A stretch of DNA of 64,000 bases from contig NC_042997.1 in assembly GCF_006345805.1 (NCBI RefSeq), forward strand, positions 168,330,001 to 168,394,000. Direction: 5' to 3'. The notes under the pieces were generated by a model. That model worked only from the letters and a program-made list of their open reading frames with translations. It was not told where the DNA came from and searched no databases. This stretch comes from Octopus sinensis. Its lineage: Eukaryota. The position numbers and the translations under genes are program-made. This document shows, in pieces, positions 1 through 12,530 of the stretch; the stretch's first letter is position 1, and each line of letters begins with the position of its first letter.

Positions 1-527
1 CCATGGAGAAAGACTACTCTGCTTGGAATGAGAGAAGGGTTGATGACAGGAAAGAAAAGCTATCTCAGTGTAGAAAAATCTACTTCAATAAACTCCATCT
101 AAAAAGGTGAATGTTCAAAACGATGATGGTGATGATGATGGTAACTACTTATCTCTTCTCTTTTATTTTAATTTATCTAATTTTACACACGTGGAGCTAT
201 TATGGGCTCAAATTATCTCAAAACATGAATGGTTTTCAGTTAGATACATTTAAAAAAAATATCACTGACAATTTTAAAGAATTAGACCTAAGAATTACGA
301 TGAACATACTGAAGTATTGTTTACCTCTTAGAAATTATTTTCATTGAAACATTAGTAGTCACTGGCCCTTTAGGAAACCCACGGAAAATCTAATAAATGT
401 TAATGTACCAAGTACTTTCAATGTCCAACCCATGTCAAATAATTTGGTTTATAAATTTTGAACCAAATTATTTGACCATGCTTAGACAATGAAGGCATGT
501 GTGGCACTGTATTCACTTTTATAAATT

Positions 528-838
528 GATGACCCTTGCTAGACGCAAGCTATACAGAAATGGAACTAAAACCTGTAGATTATGTAAAGATGAGAAAAAA
601 AATCTTCTAATTGTGAACCATAATAAAGCTGTTCATTATTTAATTGTAAGATCAGAGATTTTCAATTAGTCTAGACACTTTAAATAAGATGACCCTTGCT
701 AGATGCAAGCTATATAGAAACGGAACTAAAACCTGTAGATTATATAAAGTTGAGAAAAAAAATCTTCTAATTGTGAACCATAATAAAGCTGTTCATTATT
801 TAATTGTAAGATCAGAGATTTTCAATTAGTCTGGACAC
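528..838 (+). mobile_element. Tandemly duplicated (160-bp period) relic resembling the C-terminus of a Penelope-like GIY-YIG endonuclease
   Basis: Units start GATGACCCTTG at 528 and 688. They translate to ..LYRNGTKTCRLCKDEKK..RSEIFN*SRH, like the PLE C.LC..EK...RSE..CRH pattern. Confidence 0.6.
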
Positions 839-908
839 TTGGGAATTAGTCTAGACAATGGAAATATACATAACCATTTGACTGAATATAATCAATGCAG
901 TTACTTAC

Positions 909-954
909 CACAAAAACTAGCACATTCTCATAATCATTCTTTTCTTTATGACCT
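909..954 (-). CDS. Weak candidate exon (GHKEKNDYENVLVFV)
   Basis: Strong donor GTG|GTAAGT and one open frame, but an A-rich, weak acceptor. Confidence 0.25.
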
Positions 955-1065
955 CTAATTAAAATTTTTTTCATTCTACTACTTTCAGACTTAAATACCA
1001 ATCTTATCGTGTCATTATTCTTCACTATATTATCTAAGTTACTCTTTTAATATCATACTAATTAG

Positions 1066-1292
1066 GGCGGTGAGCTGGCAGAATCGTTAGCACACTGGCT
1101 GAAATGCTTAGCGGTATTTTGTCTATTGTTACATTCTAAGTTCAACTTCTGCTGAAGTCAACTTTGCCTTTCATCTTTTTGGGGTCGATTAAATAAGTAC
1201 CAGTTATGCACTGGGGTCGATGTAATCAACCTAATCCCTTTGTCCTTGTTTGCACCCTCTATGTTTAGCCCCCTGTGGGCAATAAAGAAATA
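1066..1292 (+). mobile_element. Full-length tRNA-derived SINE (family A) with 15-bp TSD
   Basis: Head GGCGGTGAGCTGGCAGAATCG and B-box-like AGTTCAACTTC. TSD AATATCATACT(A/G)ATT at 1049-1063 and 1293-1307. Confidence 0.85.
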
Positions 1293-1665
1293 AATATCAT
1301 ACTGATTTAACTTGTTCCTTTTCATTTTTATAAGGATATATCTTATTACATACATACAAACACATGACTCTTTTTTTAAATATCTAATTATTTCAACATG
1401 ACCTTAGTTAACCCAAACAATTTATGACAAGAAATTCATAATGAACAAGCTCAAACAATTTATAACTGACAAGTAGCTACTAAAAAAATTTATTACATTT
1501 TTGCAATGGCACAGCTGACATGGCCATTTCAAACTAGTTTTCATCACCAGTACCAGGTTTTGTCTCTGTTGTTACCATAGTTGCATTATGAAACTTTAAA
1601 TCTTATACAAGCATAGCACTATGATGATATATATATGTATGTATATTCACACACACACACACACA

Positions 1666-1720
<55 letters not shown>

Positions 1721-2404
1721 TTATATATATCAAAATAAGCAACAAGGATATCCAGAGGTAATGCAGTACGATCGTTTCATGCAACTCCATTTAATTGAAC
1801 AATGCAATCATTATATCAATTTAAAATGCAGAGCAATCTTCAGCTGCACAATGACATAGAATTTAATTAAATTAGAACAGATGGACACATTAGTATACCT
1901 AAAATCTCCAAGAAGTTAAGGAGATAGACAAAGGACATGCTGTTTCACTCCAGCATAGAAGTTACTAAGTTTTCAAGAAGATAAACATTGTTACAGACTC
2001 TACTTGTCACTGTTTTTTTTGTTTTTATGGGGTCAATTTATATTTATAGACTAGTTTATCAAATCCCTTGTATATCTAGGGCTGAGAGAACAGAGGGCAA
2101 CATCTGTTAGGGGTAGGGCTGAGGGAGCAGACAGACATCATAGTTGGTATAGTCATAAAAATCAAGATTTACTAGAAGCAATATCATGGTTTGGTAAAGG
2201 AAAACTTAAAACAATATGTTAGCTGACAATTAAGGGGTCACCCACTAGCAGACCATTGATAATGAAACAAGGGAAGTCTTATCATGTAGTACTATAGTTA
2301 GATATTTTAAACAATGTTGCTATATTGTATACAGTTAAAGTTTAGGGTTATTCAGAGGATTATTAAGAAGAATATTATAATAAAAGGATAGAAATTTATG
2401 AATA

Positions 2405-2600
2405 CTTTTGAGTATATACCAAACCACTACTTTTAAAAACAAGCATTGCAAAGCATTTAGAATGGAGTAAAAACCTACAGAATTGGTCCCTAGAGCAGTG
2501 GAAGAACGTTATTTTCTCAGACGAGTCATCCTTCACTTTATTTCCGACCAATGGCCGAGTATATGTGGTGGAGACAGCCAAAAGAAGCATTTGACATCAA
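2405..2600 (+). mobile_element. Tc1-like transposase fragment, same family as the element at 29143-30396
   Basis: Translates KPLL..LEWSKNLQNWSLEQWKNVIFSDESSFTLF; near-identical peptide to the 29.7-29.9 kb segment. Confidence 0.8.
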
Positions 2601-3139
2601 GAGTTTAAGAGGCATATTGTATTCCTGGCACAGTTACAGATACTTAATTCCTTGATCCTATTATTTACTGTGTTATAGCTCCAGCTATATGACTCTACTT
2701 CCCTCATTTCTATCGGTCTACCATTTTTCTAAGCTTTCTATCTATAGATGTTTGTGGGCTGTTATTTTTAGACACTTCATGTCTTGTGGAGGTATTGGTT
2801 TGTGTTGGAGTTGTCATCCTTTGACTACTGGTCCTTAGTTTAATAGCCTCCCCTAAACAGTGTGTTATGTTGGTATTAGTGCTTGAGTCCCTTCTGTTAT
2901 TAGCTACTCTTGTCCTGTCATCTGGTTTAGTATTATCAATATTTATATGTTCATTTTTCTTGTCTTGACTATTATATTCATTGTCCTTCAGAAGTGAGAT
3001 AGTCTTCTAGTATTCTGTGCTACTATCTGTGCTAGGTTATGGCTAGTGGAAAAAGTGAGTCAGACATTGTGCCAAGGTATTTGAAATTGTGCATACCAAA
3101 GTATTTGAAATTTTCAACTACCTTCAGTGACTTACCGTC

Positions 3140-3490
3140 TCTCACTTTCACTGACACAACATAAGATAGACAAACAATTGAGATCAAATCAAAATGGATT
3201 CAGATCAGGACGGTCAACAACATCTCACACTGCTGCACTTAGAAGACTGATAGAGGGAGTTAAGGGCCATAAGAGGAAGGCTATCATTATCAATGTAGAC
3301 TTTAAAAAAGACTTTTGATTCAGTATATAGAGGAATGATGATGAAGATACTTAAAGCTTATGATATTCTGAGAGCAATAAGTAAGCTGTATCAGAACATC
3401 AGAGTGAAAGTGATCACACCTGATGGAGAGACAGAATACTTTGAAGTCAAAACCAGAGTATTACAAAGTGACACACTAGTACCTTATGTA
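3140..3490 (+). mobile_element. Non-LTR (RTE-like) reverse transcriptase fragment, frameshifted
   Basis: NQNGFRSGRSTT..LRRLIEG..VDFKK(A)FDS..PDGETEYF..VLQSDTL motifs. Confidence 0.8.
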
Positions 3491-4849
3491 AAAATGTATT
3501 ACTTATCGTTTATAAAATTATTTGCAAAAAAAGTACTTATTATTATTAAATTTAATAGTACTAAAAATATAATAAAAACCTATACTTATACTAAAAAATT
3601 TTAACAATCTAAATCACAAAGTGACAAACTAATATTTTACAATAAACCAACACATGGAAATTCGTCACGTCTATATCTCTTGCTGATTATACCACACTGA
3701 TAGTTCTCTCAAAAATTTAGTATAAATGTGTATTTATTGTAACTGAACGTTTACTCATGACAGTGAACATTTGTCTTCACAGATATATTCATATTCTTGG
3801 CCTTAATTAATTCTTTCGAATTCACCAAATCAAAACAGACATTAAACAAAGAAGCTTGATTCTTCTCATAGTTAAGGGGATGATGAGTTGGAAGTGAAGT
3901 AGACAAGTGCAAGTTTGTTTTATTAGTATGTGTAGTTTTAGGACATTCTGCTGATAACTATGTTGGACTGTTTCATTGGAGGGTATCAATGATATATGTG
4001 TTGAAATGTTAACCCTTTTGATACTATAGGGTTGTTTTAGGCTACCATGAGCTTTCTCTTAGGTTATATTATTATAGAATATTCTCTATTTAGTTTTGTT
4101 ACAGTAATGTAATGCTATTTATTGTGTTTCCTATTGGGAAATATATTATTTTATTTGGGCTTTTTAAGTAAGGGTGTATATAATGATTAAAACGTCACTT
4201 ATAACTTAAGTGTTATCATTATACACAAATCCGAACTACAGTATATAACACCATAGAGAAATATACTTATGGAGCGCTAAGAATATTAGCGTCATGTATG
4301 TATAATATTATCTTCGTGTTCATTTAACCGCTATAAGAAAATATAATTTAATGATTACAGAAATGCATATTCATACACAGTTGAAAAATGTGAAGAGAAA
4401 ACATTTTCTTAATTAGTTTTATTATATAAATATAACATTTTATATTATGTACATGTGAAAGAAAAGATAATTTTCGTCGTGTAGAAGTACGACTATATAT
4501 TTCACTAGCTAATTCATAAATCTAACTAATAAATGAATCAACAATTCAAAATAGACTTGTAATTTTCTTTGGACATGGCATGAAAATCACCAATGTCTCA
4601 AAGGAGTGAGTGTTGTAGAGTTCAGTTACATCCAACAAACATTAAAGTTTTTCCAAAAATCCAGGGTTTTTATAACTGCTCAACTTGACTAAAAAGAATC
4701 GAAATTTCATACAAATATTCTTTACAAATCCTTATATGAGCAGTTACATTAACAAAGGGAAAAAACGAAAATAATAATTCTTCGGTAATATGACATTACA
4801 TCATATTGCCAGCTACCACCAATTCGCACCTTATTTCAAAATGGCTACT

Positions 4850-5130
4850 TGCTACAATTCCAACCTGTCTGAAACTGCCTCTGACTCTGCAGTACAAATG
4901 TCATGTTTTCAAAAGTTTTGAATCAAAATCTTCCACCAAACCTTAGTCACAATTTATATTCCTAACACTAGCTTAATGATAACCCAGTTATTTTACTAAA
5001 TTCTTTGTCATCATCATTTAGCGTCCGCTTTCCATGCTAGCATGGGTTGGACGGTTCAACTGGGGTCTGTGAAGCCGGAAGGCCGCATCAGGAGCAGCTC
5101 AACAGAAATATGGTAGCAAAAGGGTTAAAG
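4850..5130. mobile_element. piggyBac-type MITE relic interrupted by a short RTE 3' tail (about 5008-5095, minus)
   Basis: Similar to the MITE at 48223-48441; ends AAAGGGTTAA; internal CATCAT..CGTCCGCTTTCCATGCTAGC block. Confidence 0.55.
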
Positions 5131-5329
5131 AGGCGTGATGGGAAGTATCATTATTTTGTTAGAAGGAACAGTAAATAGGTCATTTATGAGCAGAAGGGAC
5201 AGTATGGTGGAAATACATCCAAAACCTATAGTACATCAGAGTGGATAAAAGAATGACAAAAAGAACCTCATCAAAGAATGATTCAATGGAGCAGAAACCC
5301 ATGATATTCTGAGGGAGTCCACTATATAA

Positions 5330-5410
5330 AATTACATATGTTAGCCAGCAAAATCTGTGATGTACTGAGTGCGCAATAGGTGAACCACGATATGGCGAGG
5401 GATTACTGTA
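5330..5410 (-). mobile_element. Tigger/pogo-like terminal fragment
   Basis: Minus strand reads TA-CAGTAATCCCTCGCCATATCGTGGTTCAC, a Tigger-type TIR. Confidence 0.4.
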
Positions 5411-5947
5411 TTATGATGAAAGTAGGTGAATGTCATTCAGCTGGTGATGGCAAATAACTTCATACTGGTATTGTAAGCAGTGATCTCCATCTGAATACTT
5501 ACAGTACAGTTGTGTAGTTAAGGAACTATCCCAGAATCTTGGAAATGTAGAAGATGATACCTAGAATGATAATATTGGCCAGCTGCTGAACTGTTTTAGA
5601 TGAATCAGAAGTGACACACATTTGTTGCTCAGGATGCTTAACATAGAATTATTGCATTTCCAGCCAGTTATGGTTTAAGGGGAAGGTTAGTTGTGTGTAG
5701 GATTACAAGAGTATTTCAATGAAAATGATAGAGGATAATGATTTTTGAGAGAAATAAGTTGTCATATTGACCTCCATAAAGGATAAAAAGTAGTCAGACA
5801 ATTGCTGGTGGTTGGAGGTATGTACAGTGGAGCAGAAACAAAAGATGAATGTTGAGAGAAACAGTGACCTTGAACTGGGTATTCTGCATAATATCACTAA
5901 AGTTAAGAAGTATTCGTATCCACTGAGGATCACTGCAGTCTGTTCAG

Positions 5948-6480
5948 ATCATCATCAACATCATCACTATCATTGTCGTTTAACGTCTACTTTCCATGCT
6001 GACATGGGTTGGACAGTTTGACTGAGGACTAGCAAGCCGGGAGGCTACACCAAGCTCCAATCTGATTTGGCAATGTTTCTACGGTTGTATGCCCTTCCTA
6101 ACGCCAACCACTATGAGAGTGTAATGTGTGCTTTTTATGTGCCACCGGTATGGCCATGCTTGAATGGTGATTTTTACATGCCACCAGCATGAGTGCCAGT
6201 CAGGCGGCACAGGCATCAACCATGACTATGATTTCACTTGGTTCAATAGGCCCTCACAAACATGGCATATTGCCTGGCAATTGAAGGGTGCTTTTAGATG
6301 GGCCAGTTGTGACACTGGCATCAGGCACAGCTACGATCTCACTTGGCTTGCCGGGTCTTCTGAAGCACAGCATATCTCCAAAGGTCTTGGTCACTTGTTA
6401 TTGCCTGTGAGGCCCAACGTTTGAAGGTTGTGCTTCACCACCTCATCTCATGTCTTACTGGGTCTATCTCTTCCCCTGGT
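5948..6480 (-). mobile_element. RTE LINE 3' end: ORF C-terminus, 3' UTR and (GAT)n tail
   Basis: Minus strand reads RGR..KT.DEVVKHNLQTLGL..DLWRYAVLQKTRQAK* and continues into the abundant repeat ending GTTAAACGA(TGA)n. Confidence 0.8.
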
Positions 6481-6821
6481 TCTTTTTATATAATCATATC
6501 ATGCATATAATAAACTTCATATAATTTACCACTGGGATACACCAAGTCTGATTTACTGATATAAATCACAAAATACTTAGATTGTGTTTGATTGCAAGTT
6601 TTTAAATAGCTAACATGCTAATGTAATGGATATATAGGAAAAGATATGATAAAAACAAAGTAGAGCCTGTATCATTTGTTCCCTAAACACACACACACAC
6701 ATGCATTAGTGGCAAGAAGGATGAATAGCCCCACATAAATCATATAAAAAAATGGAACATGCAAAGGAGATGTGGGTTTCACAAACTGCATCTCAAGTTA
6801 CCCGACTATGAGGACAGTAAT

Positions 6822-7075
6822 TCATCATCATCATCATCGTTTAACATCTGTTTTCCATGCTAGCATGGGTTGGACAGTTCGACCAGGGTCTGGGAAGCCA
6901 GGAAGCTGCACCAGGCTCCAGTCTGATCTGGCAGTGTTTCTACAGCTGGATGTGTAGTGGGTGCTTTTTACGTGCCACTGGCACAGGGGCCAGAGGAGGC
7001 TGGCAACAGTCATGATCGGTTGGTGCTTTTTACATGTAACTGGCACGCATGCCAGTCAAGGTGGCGCTGACATCA
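6822..7075 (-). mobile_element. 5'-truncated RTE 3' UTR copy
   Basis: CATCATCATCGTTTAACATCTGTTTTCCATGCTAGCATGGGTTGGAC signature. Confidence 0.75.
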
Positions 7076-7135
7076 ACCATAATTCTGAATAAAAACTGAT
7101 GCAAAGAGGACACTTTTGTCCTCTTTACTGGCAAC

Positions 7136-7177
7136 CTCTCTAGTGCTGGTAGCATAATGAAATGCATCTTGTACATA
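7136..7177 (-). CDS. Weak candidate exon of the divergent gene (3' boundary uncertain)
   Basis: Good acceptor ttttctgttgtgtatatcttaCAG at 7178-7179; donor ambiguous (7136, 7129 or further). Confidence 0.25.
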
Positions 7178-7298
7178 CTGTAAGATATACACAACAGAAA
7201 AGATGAGTGATTTTCTCTGTTGTTGTGCATGCCATATGGCAGAATATTACAATAGGAGGTAATATCAGCATAGAAGAAAAGGCTGTAAAATGATGGGA

Positions 7299-7319
7299 AT
7301 GATGATGGTGATGATGGTG

Positions 7320-7351
<32 letters not shown>

Positions 7352-7357
7352 GATGAT
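7299..7357. repeat. (GAT/GGT)n microsatellite
   Basis: Direct reading; produces the spurious poly-His ORF 7140..7397. Confidence 0.95.
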
Positions 7358-7928
7358 TGTAACCAAGATTACGAAATACATTGAAGGTCTCATGCAACCA
7401 GCTCTGTATGGCAGACTATGCATATTTAATTGAATAAAACTAACTACATGAAACTTTTAGATATAAATTTATAATCCTGGATAACACATATGCAGACATG
7501 CTTGTACACACACACACAGACACAGATACACACACACACACACACAGTCTCAAAGATTCAGTATATTTTCATTTTCAAGAATAATTATTCATAGATTTGT
7601 TTATATATATTTTCTTTTATGTTTCTTATTTACTCTTTGTAATATTTTATGACTGAGTCATATTTTTATTGCAGTAGAACATTGTAAGACATTATGTACA
7701 GTTAGGATATATTTTGGATAAATTAAATTAGTGCTCTTTATTGTGGTTCTTCAACATTGTCTCAAACACACCACCATCACCAGCAGAAGTATCTCCACCA
7801 TCACAGTCATCAACATCATCATCATCATTGATGTCTAATTTCTTTTCACTAAATGCCTGTTTTGCTGTTTTTCATAAGTTAGGAAGGTTTTTATAGGGCT
7901 ATTAGATATCATAATATTAGGTATCAAA

Positions 7929-8350
7929 GGCAGCAAGCTGGCAGAAACGTTAGCATGCCGGGCGAAATGCTTAGCTGTATTTCGTCTGCTGCTACGTTGT
8001 GAGTTCAAATTCCGCCAAGGTCGACTTTACCTTTCAACCTTTTGGGGGTCGATAAATTAAGTACCAGTTACGCACTGGGGTTGATGTAATCGACTTAATC
8101 CGTTTGTCTGTCCTTGTTTGTCCCCTCTATGTTTAGCCCCTTGTGGGTAATAAAGAAACAGGTATTTCGTCTGCCGCTACGTTGTAAGTTCAAATTCCGC
8201 CGAGGTTGACTTTGCCTTTCATCCTTTCGGGGTTGATTAAATAAGTACCAGTTACGCACTGGGGTCGATATAATTGACTTAATCCGTTTGACTGTCCTTG
8301 TTTGTCCTCTCTGTGTTTAGCCCCTTGTGGGTAGTAAAAAAAAAAAAAAA
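7929..8350 (+). mobile_element. Dimeric family-A SINE (full copy plus 5'-truncated copy from 8161) with poly(A) tail
   Basis: Two consecutive near-identical bodies; AGGTATCA on both flanks is a possible TSD. Confidence 0.85.
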
Positions 8351-8610
8351 GGTATCATAGTAAACTGGTTACTGTTGTGAAACACAACCACCCACACAGT
8401 TCAATCCTGTCAATCAGATCTGTAATAAAAAAATATTCATTCCAGTCATGATTATCTTGGTCATTTTAGATATCTAGTACCTCATTGTCTATTGTGCTTT
8501 TCCTAATTATAGAGGGTGGCAGTATTTGAAGGTGATTCAGCTAGTAATTTCTAACAAGTCACTTGACCACATACAGGTTATCTGGGTTAGTCTTAGAATA
8601 ACTAATAAAA

Positions 8611-8845
8611 TTCTTATTTCTTTATTGTCCACAAGGGGCTAAACATAGAGGAGACAAACAAGGACAGACAAAGGGATTAAGTTGATTACATTGACCCCAG
8701 TGTGTAACTGGTACTTAATTTATTGACCCCGAAAGGATGAAAGGCAAAGTCGATCTCAGCGGAATTTGAACTCAGAACGTAATGGCAGGTGAAATACCGC
8801 TAAGCATTTCGTCTGGTGTGCTAACGTTTCTGCCAGCTTGCCGCC
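8611..8845 (-). mobile_element. Full-length family-A SINE with 12-bp TSD
   Basis: TSD ATAACTAATAAA at 8598-8609 and 8848-8859. Confidence 0.85.
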
Positions 8846-9225
8846 TTATAACTAATAAAGGCCTGGAAACAAAGAATAACTAATCCCTTATTTTACCATG
8901 GGTCCCCATTTTAGCCCTAACTAGCTATATCTGACCTAAATATTCTTTTTATGCTGAATGACAAAGTTATATCAATTTGAGGCAGCTTATCCCTTTCCCA
9001 GCTCTTAATTACAATTTAAATTCATATGTGCAAAAATTATGATAAAAAAAACAAAAACAAACCAGATGATACTCCATCCATTCTTCAACTGTTTCAGATA
9101 CATCGTATTCATGTCCCATTAGTTATTACTATACAACATTGCACTTTATAACATATGCCTACCTGTCAGTCTATTTATTCTACAATGGTTCCTGTTCCTT
9201 TGATCTCACAAGTTGAGAAACTTAC

Positions 9226-9388
9226 CAAAGCACACTTGATGTGTTAATGTTTCTCCTTTCTTTATCTCTAGAATGTCTTGTTTCCCCAATTTTATACTTA
9301 AAAACACTCGACCAGGTCTTTTCCCCCAGAAATGCAACCCCTTGAAACTCTTTCTGTCTTTCTCTGCCCACATCTTCGATACAAGCAT
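9226..9388 (-). CDS. Candidate internal exon (163 nt) of the divergent gene
   Basis: Acceptor ttgaattttctgtttgTAG and donor TTG|GTAAGT. Apparently non-repetitive; two frames are open across it (ACIEDVGRERQKEF... or MLVSKMWAEKDRKSF...). Confidence 0.55.
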
Positions 9389-9759
9389 CTACAAACAGAA
9401 AATTCAAACTGAACATTAACTGCATATTTATGAAATGCTTTTTAAAATTTTGGATATTAAAGTTACTTAATTAGATAGGGATACACAAACACAAATATGG
9501 TGAAACTTTCCAGAAATCATCATCATGATCACGATTTAACATCCACTTTGTATGCTGGCTTAGGTTTGATTGGAACTGGTAAGCTGCAAAGCTTTAGTCT
9601 GATCTGGCATGGTTTTTACAGCTGATCTCCATAATTCTGGTATATAGACAAACATGATAAGATAGTAGTGATATATACTGATAAATTTCAGACAGGACAG
9701 ATATATTTTATTTAAACTATATAACTAAATAAATCAACAATTGCTTGGTAGATAAGGAA

Positions 9760-10460
9760 AGCCCATGACCTATCAGGAACTACCAGAGATGCTTAAAGTA
9801 TCTGGCAGAGCGGGATATGACTTAGTCACCCATATAGTTAATCAGGTTGTCCACAAGAGAGTCATACCCAACAACTAGTGTAGCAGCATTATAGTCAACT
9901 ACTACAAAAGTAAAAGTGACACCTTAGACAGAAATAATTATAGCGGTCTCAGATTGCTGGGCCAGGTGGTGAAAGTTACAGAAAGGGCCACAGCTCAACT
10001 TATTAGGGAGAGAGTTAGCCTAGATAAGATGCAGTTTGGTTTTGTGTCAGGAAGAGGCATTACTGATGTTATCTTTCTGGTGGGGCAACTTCAGGAGAAA
10101 TATTTTACCAAAAATATACCACTAGGCTTGGCCTTTGCTGACATGGAAAAAGCCTTCAACAGGGTCCACTGCTCCCTTATCTGGTGGTCAGTGAGAGCTG
10201 TACTAGCTATATACAGGTGTGCAGTCAGTTAGGTGAAAGTTGGCAATGAGTATTGCAAGGAATTTAATATACTGGTAGTTCAACAAGGATTGGTTCTCAG
10301 CTGCCTCATGTTTATCATAGTCCTGTAGGCTATAACAGAGGAATTTAAGACTGCTGTTGTGAGTTCCTATACACTGATGACCTTGTTCTTATTGCTGAAT
10401 CACTAGCAGAACTAGAGAAGAAATTTCAGGTGTGGAAGCAAGGTCTGGAAGCAAAGAATT
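9760..10460 (+). mobile_element. RTE LINE reverse transcriptase relic
   Basis: NYSGLRLL..MQFGFVSGRG.TDVIFLV.QLQEK..AFADMEKAFNRV, followed by QQG.VL and YTDDL motifs with stops/frameshifts. Confidence 0.85.
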
Positions 10461-10769
10461 AATTTAGCAAAGATCCACTGTAGGCTCCTCTTATTCCTCT
10501 CAATATCACTTGCTATCTCTAAATATTTCCCCTCACACTCTTATGGTACATCTCCTATATCCCCTCTGTGCTACTTATATTCCCCACCACTGTTCCCTGT
10601 AGGTAGGCCCTCTCTCTCACTCTAACTGTATATTTCTGTCTCTCTCTCTCTCACATCCTTGTCTTACTGGGATAGCCAAGTATCTCCTTGGTAGTAAGAC
10701 AGGTATCTCCCACCTCTATCATGATCCACTCAGCTACTTCTTTTGGTTCTTCTCCCTTTCTCAGTTGAG

Positions 10770-11112
10770 ATGTTCTAGTCTTGCAAGCTACTTGGCGATC
10801 CCATGGGTACTAATCCCGTAAAATGCATCTGTGCCGATGCCACGTAAAAAGCACTCGCATTGAAGCCATGTAAAGAGTACTCGTCCCGGTGCCATGTAAA
10901 AGGCACCTGTGCCGGCGTCACGTAAGAAACACCCGTGCAAGAGTTACGTAAAAAACACCCAATACACTCTGTGAAGTGGTTGACGTTAGGAAGAGCATCC
11001 AGCCGTAGAAGCCATGCCAAAACAGACAACAGGAGCCTGGTGCAGCCCTCCAGCTCCTGTTAAATCGTTCAACCCATGCCAGTATGGAAAACGGACGTTA
11101 AATGATGATGAT
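10770..11112 (+). mobile_element. RTE 3' UTR copy with (GAT)n tail
   Basis: Ends ATGGAAAACGGACGTTAAATGATGATGATG. Confidence 0.75.
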
Positions 11113-12128
11113 GAACGGCTAGAGAAAATTTTGGTGCAAAAACAAATTATAAGTTAATGAGTTTTCGTTATGTAACTGTCCGTTTAGAAAATTTAAACCC
11201 AAGTTTATATTCTGCATAATATCCGCCCTTTTATTGATTGTTCAATTAACCACCACAGTCGGCAATATCTGTACCCATAAAACTATAACAGGCACATACT
11301 TCGTATTTCATTATTGATAGCTTATTCGTTGGTTTGAATAACACTATCTGACAAATAGGCACTCCTCTTGCTTGAGGTGTATTAATAATATATTTGGATG
11401 AGAGTATGACAGATGATGATTTCTTACGTCGTTGTACTTTTGGTTTTGCTAAAATTAAGCTCAGATATTTTTCTCTAACTTTCAAAGCCATACAACATTA
11501 AAATATTTACAAAACCTTCTCCTGTTAACCCTCACCCACCCAACTTAATGGAGCTAGCCTGCTCTGTCAATCACATTACACATTTTTTTGATGCATAGTT
11601 GAACTATAATTTATCATATATTCTGAGCTCTAATCTGTGTTTCATTGATTTTGTGCAGTTGTAGCTGCTGCTTTACAAATATTGGAAACATTTTATGCCT
11701 CACTGTTTCGAGTTTGAATTCATCCATTATCCCCTCTCCCCAAAAGTGGTTTTGCGTTCAATCAAAACAAATCCTTCATTCATTCAGTCATTTATTATTA
11801 TCATTTCTCTTTTTCTTTTCTTATTTTTTTTTACCTGATTTGACCCCGTGAGTACAAAGAAGGATGAGAAAAATCTGACCCGAATATAAGAAAAATGTTG
11901 TGAAGAATCAACTGAAAAAGTTGTTGAGTGGAATTCTCAATTTCACCGAGTTTAGAAAAATATGATAATAATTTAGCATAATATACATCAACGATGATGC
12001 TTATGATAATGATAATTATGTTCGGGTAAAGTTTGACCCAATTAACAAAGTATTACTACGTCCGCTCATTATGGTAAGTTAATATAATTAAGACATGATA
12101 CTTTAAAAGAATAATTTCTACACACATA

Positions 12129-12327
12129 TAGGGTAGCCCCAAAGTAGGTTTACAGCTATTCAACTATCTCTTTTGAATTCTTAGATCTTAATTATAAAAA
12201 AATATGAAACCATTATTCTATACTAATTTAGTTACTTGTAAGATAGAAATTTAAATATAATAAATTGTTTTAAAGGGAATTTAAAGTGTCTGTGTGATAA
12301 CTCTAAACTTACTTTTGGGCCTCCCTG
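12129..12327. mobile_element. Tc1/mariner-type MITE (199 bp)
   Basis: 27-bp TIRs, 21/27 matching ((C/T)AGGG..GCCC.AAAGTA.GTTTA.AG), TA on both flanks. Confidence 0.7.
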
Positions 12328-12530
12328 TATACATAAAACATCATTAATAATAATGATAATAATAATAATTAGAAGAAAACGAAAAGAAAAGAGTAAAAAG
12401 AAAACGGAAAATTTAATTGGCGTTGCGTTAATGGTTGTAATTGCATTACTATAAATCTGCAATAGGACTTGTTCTTTTTTGTGTGCTTTTACATTGAAAA
12501 TAATAATAGCAGTAACACAACCGACCTTAC

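Noticed and set aside
7140-7397. Poly-histidine ORF
   Set aside because: Translation of a (CAT)n microsatellite with no other coding signal.
11246-11491. 81-aa minus ORF (MALKVREKY...) as an exon of the divergent gene
   Set aside because: It has a plausible donor (GAA|GTATGT) but no convincing acceptor and no recognisable homology; unresolved without RNA data.
11950-12080. Plus-strand donor ATG|GTAAGT with short open frame upstream of ADAP
   Set aside because: Frame closed by stops just upstream and no acceptor; could at most be a non-coding exon, unsupported.
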